From positions 1-64,000 of the forward strand of contig UYFQ01000202.1 of the NCBI GenBank assembly GCA_900617105.1: DNA of 64,000 nt, written 5' to 3'. The stretch is from Hydrurus foetidus (lineage: Eukaryota). Shown piece after piece: positions 36,713 through 49,352 of this stretch. Under the pieces are notes generated by a model. That model was not told the DNA's origin, did not search any database, and saw only the letters and a program-made list of their open reading frames with translations. Made by a program: the position numbers and the translations under genes. Position 1 is the first letter of the stretch; each line of letters begins with the position of its first letter.

Positions 36713-39650
36713 AGATAGCTCTCGGCTTCGGCCCCATCACTTTTCATTTTAGTAGAAATGTCGTCTGGTTACCGGATCGTCGAAGGGGCGTCGGGAGTCC
36801 TGATAGTGGAAGCGAGCTCTGATACAAGCTGCTTGCTCAGTATTGAGAAAATAATTAAACTCGCCCTCATAGTCACTCACTCCTTCCTTCGTCACAAGCA
36901 ACAGCGTTTCACGCTGGAACAGACAGCCAACCACCTTCCGGAGACCACCATGTGCACTGCACCTAGACTTTCGCTAACTGCTTCAGCACTGGGTCAAGCA
37001 ATGGTGAATGAGAAACATCGGTCAACACCTATGTTGGAAGGTAATCGTTAAGTGAAGTAACAAGTTAGATAGCTTGTAGGAGTTGGGACAGTAAGTTGCT
37101 GGCAAAGTGTGAACTTCAATCTATTGATTGTTGTTGGAATACACAAGATGATCGTTTAGTTGGTAGTGGAGTGTGTTGGTATCTGTTGGAGTTAGAGGTG
37201 AGTAAATTGGCGAGAGAATGTCATTTTGTCTCCTGGTTGGTTAGTCAGCAGGACAGTCATTCAGGTAGTGGTGGTGCTCGTGCTCTTCTTGAGTTTGTGA
37301 GAGAGTAAAGGAGTGATTCAGTAGGAGACAGTCAGTTAGTCAGTGAGCCAGTTTGCCATAAAATGTGTGTGTCAGATATTGCAGCATCATTCAGTCGGCT
37401 AGCAAGTGAGTAAGTGAGTGCGTGTACTAGAATGTGGGTGTGGTAGCCAGTGAGTGATAGAGACTATCAACAAGCAAGCCTGCACATAAGATGAAGATGT
37501 AGTAGGTAGCAACTGTAGTCACTGAAACAGTGGCAGGCTGTGTAAGTGGCTGAGTCAGTCAGTGAAAGTCAAATTTAGAAAGGCAGAACAAAGAAAGACA
37601 GAACAAGGTCGAAATGTGGGTCGACCAGTGGCAGAGTGTGTGAAGTGAGTGAGTGAGACTGTCAGTCAGCAAGCCCGCATATCAGATGAAGACACTACAG
37701 GTCGCAGAAGCAGTGACGAAACCAATGAAAGGGTGTGTGAGGCACATTGTCTGACAGTCCACAAGCTTTTTCAAATCAGAGTAACAGAAAGGGCAGTGAA
37801 TGCAGCGACTGAAACAGTGGCAGGCTGTGTAAGTGGCTGAATCAGTCACTGAAAGTCAAAGTTAGGGTGAAATTCTAAGTGCGGGTCAATCAGTGGGAAA
37901 GTTTGTCAGTGAGTGCATGAGTGAGTAAGTTAGTCGATGAGTCAGTTAGTCAGACAGTGAAAGTCGAAGTCACAGCGAAACAACAAGAGTTAAGTGGGAG
38001 TTAATCAGTGGGATGGAGAGTGTGTGAGTCAACTAGTGGGATGGGAAAGTGTGTGAGTGCGTCTGTCGATGAGTGAGTCAGTCAGTGAATGAGCCAGTAG
38101 GCTAGTCAAAGTCAGGGTGAAAAACGAAGTACGGGTCAATCAGCGAGAGATTTTCTTACTCAGTGAGTGAGTGAGTCAGTGGGTCAGCGAGTCAGCCAGT
38201 CATAGTCAAAGCAGAACAACAATAATTAGGTGTGAGTCAGCCGGTGGGATGGGAGAGTGAGCGAGTGAGTCAGTCATTGACGCAGTTGATGATTGCAGAT
38301 GAAAGACACAACAGGTAGTGAGTGATGGTGAGTCAACTCGTTGCGAGGAGTGTAAGAAACAGTCAGATGGTGATTCTGTCAGTCGACAAGCCCGCATTTG
38401 AGATGAAGATATAACAGGTGGTGAGTGCTGTGACTGACAGTGGCAGAGTTTGTAATGCCCAACTCTCAAGTTATTGGGATCAGGGCTGAACAGGCGGTAG
38501 GTGACTCAATGCGTCACAGGGGATGTAATGCAGTCAATGAGCATTTTCATCAGGAGGTTAAAGATGGCGAAGCTACTCAGTTGTTTCCCGACCAACCACC
38601 AAGTGGATCAGACAGTATGTAGTAAAAACAGTCCATGAATTGCTGCACGCTGAGCGATGGAGTTGACCAACAGCAGAGTGTAGGAGAGTGAGAGAGCGAG
38701 CTAGATATGGAGATAACTAGTCAATTCAGTAAGAGGACACAGTACTCAGGCTTGTCAGTTCGTATCTATGAGCTGGCTGCGTAGTCCTGGACTTATTCAG
38801 TCGATGCAGATTGCACAGATCAGCGGAAAGGTAGATTACCTGCAAGTTTCTTCCAGCATGCAGAGATGACGAACAATATCAGCTCTATTTCCAGGAAGGC
38901 ATCGAGTCCAACCTCCGGAGCTAGTATTCTCTGCTATCATAGCTCTAACGAAACGACTTCGACTAAATCCCAAACGACTAGGCTGTCTTCTATGTCAGCT
39001 CTCAATTAGATTGTGGATGGCAATCCAAATTTCGAAGTGGTGATACCATTTCTCTCATCAGAGGCAGCAATAATAATACCGAAGGATGTGGAGTTCTGTA
39101 AGTATGACACCGACTCAGACAGCAAAACGCGTTGAGTAAAGGTTACGCGTTGTGGTAACGCAGCCAGAGGATGAATTGTACTAGAAAATGCGTTTTCATG
39201 CTTGGCATTACGTCGTGTCATCGGCGGCACAACGAACAACTGAGTTGATTTCTTCCTGCAGTACTGATGCCCCTCGCTGTTGTTGGTTCAAGGAAGGGAT
39301 GGCTAGAGTGGAATGGTGTGTTACGATGGATGTTTTCGCCGTGTTGGGTAGGTGAGACGAGAGATGTAAGATGTCTGAACAGAACGCTGAACTATGTGTT
39401 GCGTTGATATTCCTGTCTTCGAAGAGAGTGGCAGTTTGGATTGAAATTTTGGAATGTTCCTCGTCACGTCGTCAGTTGTGTGAGGGTGATGTTCTCATCT
39501 TTTCACCCCCTCTGTGGCAGGATGCAGGAGAAGAGTGGGTACGACCTGAGATGGATGTGTGAGTTGGTGAAAGTTTCGTTTGATCTGATTTGTTGTTGCA
39601 TGCATTATACAGAGATACTATAACAGTGTTTTGTAAAATTATCATCAAGG

Positions 39651-39753
39651 GGTCTGCTGGCGTAATTGGATAGCGCACCTGACTACGGAAGACCTTCATC
39701 TCTGTATCAATGTTGTCATCAGGAGGTTCCAGGTTCGAGTCCTGGGTAGATCG
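39651..39753 (+). tRNA. tRNA-Arg(ACG) with intron, copy 2
   Basis: Mature sequence identical to copy 1; one substitution in the intron (gaccTtc vs gaccAtc). Confidence 0.93.
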
Positions 39754-42691
39754 AGATAGCTCTCGGCTTCGGCCCCATCACTTTTCATTTTAGTAGAAAT
39801 GTCGTCTGGTTACCGGATCGTCGAAGGGGCGTCGGGAGTCCTGATAGTGGAAGCGAGCTCTGATACAAGCTGCTTGCTCAGTATTGAGAAAATAATTAAA
39901 CTCGCCCTCATAGTCACTCACTCCTTCCTTCGTCACAAGCAACAGCATTTCACGCTGGAACAGACAGCCAACCACCTTCCGGAGACCACCATGTGCACTG
40001 CACCTAGACTTTCGCTAACTGCTTCAGCACTGGGTCAAGCAATGGTGAATGAGAAACATCGGTCAACACCTATGTTGGAAGGTAATCGTTAAGTGAAGTA
40101 ACAAGTTAGATAGCTTGTAGGAGTTGGGACAGTAAGTTGCTGGCAAAGTGTGAACTTCAATCTATTGATTGTTGTTGGAATACACAAGATGATCGTTTAG
40201 TTGGTAGTGGAGTGTGTTGGTATCTGTTGGAGTTAGAGGTGAGTAAATTGGCGAGAGAATGTCATTTTGTCTCCTGGTTGGTTAGTCAGCAGGACAGTCA
40301 TTCAGGTAGTGGTGGTGCTCGTGCTCTTCTTGAGTTTGTGAGAGAGTAAAGGAGTGATTCAGTAGGAGACAGTCAGTCAGTCAGTGAGCCAGTTTGCCAT
40401 AAAATGTGTGTGTCAGATATTGCAGCATCATTCAGTCGGCTAGCAAGTGAGTAAGTGAGTGCGTGTACTAGAATGTGGGTGTGGTAGCCAGTGAGTGATA
40501 GAGACTATCAACAAGCAAGCCTGCACATAAGATGAAGATGTAGTAGGTAGCAACTGTAGTCACTGAAACAGTGGCAGGCTGTGTAAGTGGCTGAGTCAGT
40601 CAGTGAAAGTCAAATTTAGAAAGGCAGAACAAAGAAAGACAGAACAAGGTCGAAATGTGGGTCGACCAGTGGCAGAGTGTGTGAAGTGAGTGAGTGAGAC
40701 TGTCAGTCAGCAAGCCCGCATATCAGATGAAGACACTACAGGTCGCAGAAGCAGTGACGAAACCAATGAAAGGGTGTGTGAGGCACATTGTCTGACAGTC
40801 CACAAGCTTTTTCAAATCAGAGTAACAGAAAGGGCAGTGAATGCAGCGACTGAAACAGTGGCAGGCTGTGTAAGTGGCTGAATCAGTCACTGAAAGTCAA
40901 AGTTAGGGTGAAATTCTAAGTGCGGGTCAATCAGTGGGAAAGTTTGTCAGTGAGTGCATGAGTGAGTAAGTTAGTCGATGAGTCAGTTAGTCAGACAGTG
41001 AAAGTCGAAGTCACAGCGAAACAACAAGAGTTAAGTGGGAGTTAATCAGTGGGATGGAGAGTGTGTGAGTCAACTAGTGGGATGGGAAAGTGTGTGAGTG
41101 CGTCTGTCGATGAGTGAGTCAGTCAGTGAATGAGCCAGTAGGCTAGTCAAAGTCAGGGTGAAAAACGAAGTACGGGTCAATCAGCGAGAGATTTTCTTAC
41201 TCAGTGAGTGAGTGAGTCAGTGGGTCAGCGAGTCAGCCAGTCATAGTCAAAGCAGAACAACAATAATTAAGTGTGAGTCAGCCGGTGGGATGGGAGAGTG
41301 AGCGAGTGAGTCAGTCATTGACGCAGTTGATGATTGCAGATGAAAGACACAACAGGTAGTGAGTGATGGTGAGTCAACTCGTTGCGAGGAGTGTAAGAAA
41401 CAGTCAGATGGTGATTCTGTCAGTCGACAAGCCCGCATTTGAGATGAAGATATAACAGGTGGTGAGTGCTGTGACTGACAGTGGCAGAGTTTGTAATGCC
41501 CAACTCTCAAGTTATTGGGATCAGGGCTGAACAGGCGGTAGGTGACTCAATGCGTCACAGGGGATGTAATGCAGTCAATGAGCATTTTCATCAGGAGGTT
41601 AAAGATGGCGAAGCTACTCAGTTGTTTCCCGACCAACCACCAAGTGGATCAGACAGTATGTAGTAAAAACAGTCCATGAATTGCTGCACGCTGAGCGATG
41701 GAGTTGACCAACAGCAGAGTGTAGGAGAGTGAGAGAGCGAGCTAGATATGGAGATAACTAGTCAATTCAGTAAGAGGACACAGTACTCAGGCTTGTCAGT
41801 TCGTATCTATGAGCTGGCTGCGTAGTCCTGGACTTATTCAGTCGATGCAGATTGCACAGATCAGCGGAAAGGTAGATTACCTGCAAGTTTCTTCCAGCAT
41901 GCAGAGATGACGAACAATATCAGCTCTATTTCCAGGAAGGCATCGAGTCCAACCTCCGGAGCTAGTATTCTCTGCTATCATAGCTCTAACGAAACGACTT
42001 CGACTAAATCCCAAACGACTAGGCTGTCTTCTATGTCAGCTCTCAATTAGATTGTGGATGGCAATCCAAATTTCGAAGTGGTGATACCATTTCTCTCATC
42101 AGAGGCAGCAATAATAATACCGAAGGATGTGGAGTTCTGTAAGTATGACACCGACTCAGACAGCAAAACGCGTTGAGTAAAGGTTACGCGTTGTGGTAAC
42201 GCAGCCAGAGGATGAATTGTACTAGAAAATGCGTTTTCATGCTTGGCATTACGTCGTGTCATCGGCGGCACAACGAACAACTGAGTTGATTTCTTCCTGC
42301 AGTACTGATGCCCCTCGCTGTTGTTGGTTCAAGGAAGGGATGGCTAGAGTGGAATGGTGTGTTACGATGGATGTTTTCGCCGTGTTGGGTAGGTGAGACG
42401 AGAGATGTAAGATGTCTGAACAGAACGCTGAACTATGTGTTGCGTTGATATTCCTGTCTTCGAAGAGAGTGGCAGTTTGGATTGAAATTTTGGAATGTTC
42501 CTCGTCACGTCGTCAGTTGTGTGAGGGTGATGTTCTCATCTTTTCACCCCCTCTGTGGCAGGATGCAGGAGAAGAGTGGGTACGACCTGAGATGGATGTG
42601 TGAGTTGGTGAAAGTTTCGTTTGATCTGATTTGTTGTTGCATGCATTATACAGAGATACTATAACAGTGTTTTGTATCTGTATCATCAAGG

Positions 42692-42794
42692 GGTCTGCTG
42701 GCGTAATTGGATAGCGCACCTGACTACGGAAGACCATCATCTCTGTATCAATGTTGTCATCAGGAGGTTCCAGGTTCGAGTCCTGGGTAGATCG
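42692..42794 (+). tRNA. tRNA-Arg(ACG) with intron, copy 3
   Basis: Identical to copy 1. Confidence 0.93.
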
Positions 42795-43427
42795 AGATAG
42801 CTCTCGGCTTCGGCCCCATCACTTTTCATTTTAGTAGAAATGTCGTCTGGTTACCGGATCGTCGAAGGGGCGTCGGGAGTCCTGATAGTGGAAGCGAGCT
42901 CTGATACAAGCTGCTTGCTCAGTATTGAGAAAATAATTAAACTCGCCCTCATAGTCACTCACTCCTTCCTTCGTCACAAGCAACAGCGTTTCACGCTGGA
43001 ACAGACAGCCAACCACCTTCCGGAGACCACCATGTGCACTGCACCTAGACTTTCGCTAACTGCTTCAGCACTGGGTCAAGCGATGGCGTTTTGCAGTCCT
43101 TATGATGAATGATTTTGTATGGGAATCAGGCGCATATCTCGAGCGGTGCTCTGGTGAGCAATTAGAATGAGTGTAGTCGGAGTATCCGTATCACCAGTTG
43201 ACGCGTCAGTCATCTTTCTCTCTAGAACCCTCAACTGCATAAAAAACTGATTCTCATTGGGAATAAGTAGAATTGAGGTTGGTTATATACTAGAATGTTT
43301 CTCCATAAAATGGTTCTCTCAGTGTCACTATATCTAGAAGCAGACGAACTCTGGAACAACGGAGGACTTACCGTGCATCAAACATGAGGGGAGAATAGAA
43401 TAGAAGAGAGGTGGTGACTGTACGTGC

Positions 43428-46400
43428 TCATGGCGATTCCAGAGCATCAATCCTAGGTCTCTTCCTCTGCTCTTTTCCTGTTTCTATTCCTGCCTCTACG
43501 CGTTCAGCTGCCGCTTCAACTTCTACTCCGGTACTACCACTACTATTGCATTCCTTGGAATCACTTTCTATCACAACGCCCTTTACATCCTCTGCATGCA
43601 CCTCTGAGTCGTTATTCTCTGCCTCTCCCTCTCCCTCTGCCTCTGCTCCTTTCTTCCTCCCCCCTCTTTTAGACTTTGTCTTCACCGGTTTGTCCCCTTC
43701 TGCTCCTTCCTTCAGAAGTCTGCCTGCCTTTCTTTTGGGACCCCAACACTCCTCTGCTCATATTATCATGTTAAATTATGTCGCATTATTTTATATCACA
43801 TCACATCACATCACATCACACCACACCACATCACATCACATCACACCATATCACGTCACATCACATAACATCACACCATACTGTATCATATCATGTCATA
43901 TCGTATAATGCTATAATCTTATTGAGTTAAATCATGTATTGTGCCGGTCAAAACTAAACGGTGCCGTAAAAATTTATTTTGATGCATATTCGTGTTTTTG
44001 ACCGCAGAATCAAAGTAACAGTTATTTTGACCTCTGTCAGAAACACGAAAAAACCTCCCCGCAAAATAAATTCTCCCGTTTAGTCTTGACCGGCACAATA
44101 GCATCATATCATGTCATGTCATGTTATGTTGTAGAAGATATCAATACGAACGACAGATAAATCAGACCCCCCTCCATGCGCACCCTCCAACACAAATAAC
44201 GACTTCATAGACTTACCAGGATTAGGTGCAAATCTGGTGGCTTGTTTCTTGGGCACCTTGAGACATTCCGGCACTGTGAAGTCCACGACTGTCTGTGACT
44301 CCTTGGCTAATATCAATGAGGCAGCGTCCTTAAGGGTTTTATCTGTGCTCTTTATAGGAGGGTGCTTCTTGCAGAATGCCCTCATGATGTCCCAGATCTG
44401 CGTGTTGTCAGCAAAGAGAATGTGAGGAATACTGGACAGATGGAAGAAAAGAGTAGAAAAGACAAGAGGGGAAGAGAGTGGAGAAGAGTAGAGAAGAGAG
44501 GACAGGAGAAGAAGAGACGAAAAAAGAAGAGAAGGAATGAGACATGGGGCTAATAAAGATTATGAAATAAGAATAGTAGGTTGTCCAGCAAAATGACACG
44601 TACACATGTCAAGAGAGTAGCGGTACTTGTCGTGAGAGGGGCAGTAAGGTAGATGAGATGCAAATAGATGAGTGTAAAGAGAGACAGGTAGAGCATAGAG
44701 GCATCATGAGTGTTAAAGAAAGTCAGGGAATGGAGGATTTTACTGGTACAAGACAGAAGGGCAGAAGAGAGCGCAAGGAAGGGAAGTGGGAGCACTTGCC
44801 CTCCATTGAGTAGGGGTGATTAGAACAGAATAGAGAAGAAATGGAGCAGAGTAGAGTAGAAGTGAACAGAATGGTGTATGGAGGGCAGCTGCGAGGTGCT
44901 TAACTCCACGTGAGTAAATATATCCATGTGTTCAGTGATCGTATCAGCTCCACACTAATCACAATAAAGATGGGAGAAGAGCACTTCTCTTTCTCTTCGT
45001 CTCTCTGTAAGAAACTCACCACATGATCGGGTGCATTTGTTTTAATTGCTTGGGCTTCATGATGGAACTTGGAGCAGCTGTAACCTGACAGTAATAGATA
45101 TGATAGGAAATGATAAACATACAGCAGGTATAATATGTGATTCGCATCACTTTCATTCACTTCTCTCATCTCATGACCCATGATGAAATAAAGAGAACAA
45201 CATGCAGATACGTACAGTAATGTAATGTGAGAGATATGTATGGGTTCACACGTCACCTGCATTGACTATAGCGGAGTTGATTTCTAGAGAAGTGGGAACT
45301 TTAGAGTGAACCCTTGAGGCGAGATCTGGCAACTGGTAGTAGAAGGGGGAGTCGCTCAGCTCCTCTGATATGCAGGTGAGCACACCTGATGTGTTGTGTT
45401 CGTTTGAGGGTGAGTGGGTGGGTGTGTTGTTGAGGTGGAGGTAGAGTGACAGTGGTGGTGACGGTGAGAGGAAGTGGTTGCGGCAGATCAGGTGAGCTAG
45501 CAATACATGTCAATACTCATTCTCACACATCCTAATGTGACATAGCGGTGTTGGCACATACTGAGCAACTCTAGTGTGAGCAGTGAGAGTGCGCGTGTCG
45601 CTGCTTAGAGTGGAGAAGTGAAGAGTGGAGAAGTGAAGAGTGGAGAAGTGAAGAGTGGAGAAGTGAGGAGTGGAGAAGTGAAGAGTGGAGAAGTGAGGAG
45701 TGGAGAAGTGAGGAGTGGAGAAGTGAAGAGTGTAGAAGTGAAGAGTGGAGAAGTGAAGAGTGGTATGGTGCAGCGCAAGGACGTGGACTCAGTTTGAAAT
45801 CTGAAAATCGCAGTTCTCAGCTCCACGACAGTCAACAAGCAATAAAACAGAGAAGACAGATACACGTGTCAGCGACAGAGAGACATCTCCCGTCCATACT
45901 GTATCGTGTGGGGATGATTAGTTCTGCTCTGCTGATCAGAGCGAGGAGACGACCTATAATTCTGCTGGATGTGGAGACGGGAACGAGGATGGAAGAAGGG
46001 TCCGCCACACCCGCCTCGACACGCTCTATGATGCTGAAGGAGAGGCAACAATGCATTGAATGGCGAGTCAGCGTGGGGAGCTGCAATGCGGTGCGCTGGA
46101 CATACATAGTGCGATGCAGTGTAGTGCAATGCAGTGCAATAAAAGCAGTGTTCCATTGAAGTTGATTTGAATATTTATCGACTGTCTCCGTGAACCGCTC
46201 ACACGCACTACAGTGATTTAAGTAATCCCAGCACTTCAAGAATATTGTGATGCAGAGCAGAGACACATTTGACATTCCTGTCATTGCCGCATGCAGTCAC
46301 TACTGAAGTAAGCAGTACATGGCATTCAATCGCGTCACTCGCATCGCTACTCGCTCAGTGACTCACCTATCAACGACTACCCGGTCGTGCAGAGGCCCAC

Positions 46401-46739
46401 CCCAGAAGGGACCCCCCACCTAAACAGAAAGGGACGGGACAAGGCAAGATGGGACAGGACAACCGTCATTGTGAAATAGGAAGTAGGAGAAATAACAAGC
46501 AATGTTTGATCAGATAATATCAAACGATTGCAGTACAGCTGGCCGTCCAGTGAAGTGTTGATTCTTCCTCTATGGCGGATATCCAAATATGTTCTGTTAC
46601 ATACTTGCATGTTACATTTTCGTCACATTCAAGTAATGCGTGAGATCGATGGTGGTGGAAGGTACTTCCAAGGAATTGTAACTATTTCGCTTTCAAGGGA
46701 AGACTCTTTGTCGTGATCACCATCACAATCAGGTGTGTG

Positions 46740-46779
<40 letters not shown>

Positions 46780-49352
46780 AGTGCGTACCTTCATGCGTCC
46801 TCCTGTTTCGGGACACACACTGGGCGCAGTGACAACAGAAGCCGTGTAAGAGTCCCCTCCCTTGTTGCCCACCTTCACGTATCCTGAGAGAGAGAGAAAG
46901 AAGACAGAGTGAAGGTTGCTCAGAAGTTATCAAGATGACAGTGACAGTGACAGCCGGCAGGACATGAAATTGGAAAATAGATAAGTACGTGTGACAGTGA
47001 AGGATAAAGTAGTGCGCAAAATGAATGACATACTTCTATGCTATAGGATGTGACTGTGACGCACTGCTCCCCTACCCACCCACATCCGTGATTCATCAAA
47101 ATGCAGTACAGTACAGTACGTATGAGTACGTACTCATTGCAATGCAGTACATTACAGTACAGTGCGTATGAGCACGTACGCACCTAGGGGTTGTACGAAG
47201 AAGGAAGGACATTGCGTGCTCTGGTGTACCATGATTCTCCTTAGGCAACTTTTCTTGACTTCCGCTGGTGACTCGAACACACGCACGAACACTGCGAGGT
47301 GGATAGGTGGGGTTACTGATTGCCAAGTAGAGAAGGCGGTACTTATTATCATTAATCCTGAATTACCCTCATTTGCTAACTCCCCCCCCCCAGACACACA
47401 AGGGTCATTCAGTGTCATAATTGTAGATAATACTATTATTGTTGGATGCGATCTCTTCAGGCGAGCAGCATGCAAAGGGATCTGATGCGTCAACAAGATG
47501 CAGTCGGAATGGTGCATCACAGTTGAACGACGCATTGTCATGGTGTTACGCACTGATTCATCAGCAACGATTCTGAATACAGCATCAATTCGACTGAACT
47601 TTCAATAACACAAGACCCCACACCGCAATACTCACAAGATGAACAGTCATCAGAACGACCGCACAGCAGGACGATTAAAGATGATGCAGAGACGTGAAGA
47701 TGTTAGTTGTTCACCTCTGACGTAAAAGTCGACAGAAAGGGAGACCCACGGCACGATGTGTCTCGAGTATTTGTTGGCCGCTGAGTCGATGGCGTGCAGT
47801 AGGATGCGCAGAGACATCTCGTGCAAGTACTTTGCTTTCAATGGCATCGAGCCATACTTCGCGAAACATGTCTCTGGATAGTTTCCGCTGAGAACAGGCA
47901 TGTCTGATTAAAGACAGAAATAGAAAAAGAAATTAAGAGAGGAGAATAGAGGAGATAACAGGAGAAAGGAGGGGAAGGGAAGAGACGAAATGAGAAGAGA
48001 GGAGAATAGAAGAGAGGAGAATAGAGGAGGGGAGGGACGAGGGGAGGGAAGAGAAGACGGAGGGAGAGAAGGGGAAGTGGCCATTGATCAATGCAAGGAA
48101 GAGCTAAGTCAATTTGACTCAAGGAGCATGTGCTGAGCGTGGCTAACAGAGATAGATAAAGAACAACTCATTACACACACCATTACATATGACCCCTGCT
48201 GATTGTATACAGCAGAAGAAAGGTTCTTCGATATTGCACTGCAGCAGAGCAGTATAAGGTATCAAACACCACATTGACTGACAGCACAATTGCTGAGAGA
48301 CAATATGCTCAATTACATAGGTATTCACTTCAAATTCAATGCACGTTTGAGATAAAAGCTTTCATGCAGCATTTATTTGTTGAGGAAAAATCATAAAATA
48401 AAATAAAATCTTACGAACCTATCCATCAAACACGGACGATAGTTCCCTTACCTGTGCAAGTGACGCAGAGGAGACCTCCGTCTGCGACTGCTTGTACTGC
48501 CGAGTCTAGAAACGGACACGCTGTTCCGTATGGATCCAAGTCGATGACGTCATAGCGCGAATTGGCATCTTTATGTCCGTACATCAACATCACCGCATCG
48601 CCTTTCAAACGTATTCAATATGGATTAGAACACTAGCGGGTGAGAATGCGGTCCTTGTTTCCATGGCATTAAAGCAACAGCAACAGTGAACTATGTAATC
48701 AGTCTGTTCTGAAAGCTAATCAAGTCCACTGTACAGTATCAACCACCGCCACCAAGCTGCAAGCAAGCATGTGCGTCACACCTGTACTGATTTCTATCTT
48801 CTGAGGGTCAACTCCATTACGATCACACGTCACTTGAGCAGCTGCTGTTGCCGCGGGCAGAAGGTCATTTATAGTGACTTTGTTAACTACTGGGATCTCC
48901 TTCACATATCTTACAGATCGCAGTCCTGTTGCAGCTAACGCATCAAGAACATGAATCCCATAAGTTGGTTCCATGGGTTTATGATCAAACTTCGACGGAT
49001 CTACTGCAAATCTCTCCATTTTTTTGTCATACTTGGCTTTCTTTTCCTTGTCGAAAGTCTCGCCGAAGAGCTTAATAACTTGAATCGATGTATCTCTATT
49101 GAATACCTGCACTTTGTTGTAGAAAACTTCCTCATTTTTATCATAGAACATTGATGCGAGCCCTTCTTTAATCTCTTGGAATCCCTCTACAGAGTTAACT
49201 GTTCCAGTCCCAAGATGACTTTTATCAGAGCTACCGTTGCCGTCATCTTCCATCGTGCTGATTCGTCTCCAAAACTTGTTGCCAGACGATGAAACCTGCC
49301 TCACTGATTTGGAGACAGTATTGATCGAAAATCTGCAGATTTGCAGTGACAT
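43428..49352 (-). CDS. TRM1: tRNA (guanine26-N2,N2)-dimethyltransferase, 11 exons
   Basis: Motifs [110 protein letters not shown]. Exons 49352-48782, 48601-48452, 47903-47715, 47291-47184, 46883-46789, 46419-46367, 46033-45954, 45385-45257, 45084-45020, 44397-44217, 43753-43428 join in frame through GT-AG introns. Confidence 0.95.
43937..44100 (-). mobile_element. MITE family A copy 2, in the last intron of TRM1
   Basis: Same TIRs as 5677-5838; the interior is a reverse-complement homologue. Confidence 0.85.
45607..45763. repeat. Intronic 15-bp minisatellite (AGAGTGGAGAAGTGA)n
   Basis: About ten units directly visible in TRM1 intron 7. Confidence 0.9.

Larger units (their letters stand above)
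36197..43081. repeat. Tandem repeat, period 3041 bp, ~2.26 units (A-B-A-B-A), near-identical copies, one tRNA gene per A segment
   Basis: Sequence and ORF track recur at +3041 and +6082 (e.g. 36330/39371/42412); only a handful of substitutions are visible between copies. Confidence 0.98.

Noticed and set aside
36812..36827. TTGTATCAGAGC on the minus strand resembling a plant Copia PBS
   Set aside because: Lacks TGG, is not at a repeat boundary, and differs from the PBS used by the Copia elements here.
39040..39105. U1 snRNA-like start ATACTTAC on the minus strand
   Set aside because: Continues AGAAC rather than CTGG; no U1-70K loop, U1A loop or clear Sm site.
36330..43112. Short ORFs repeated in each tandem unit
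   Set aside because: All under 100 aa with no recognisable domains; recurrence only reflects DNA duplication.
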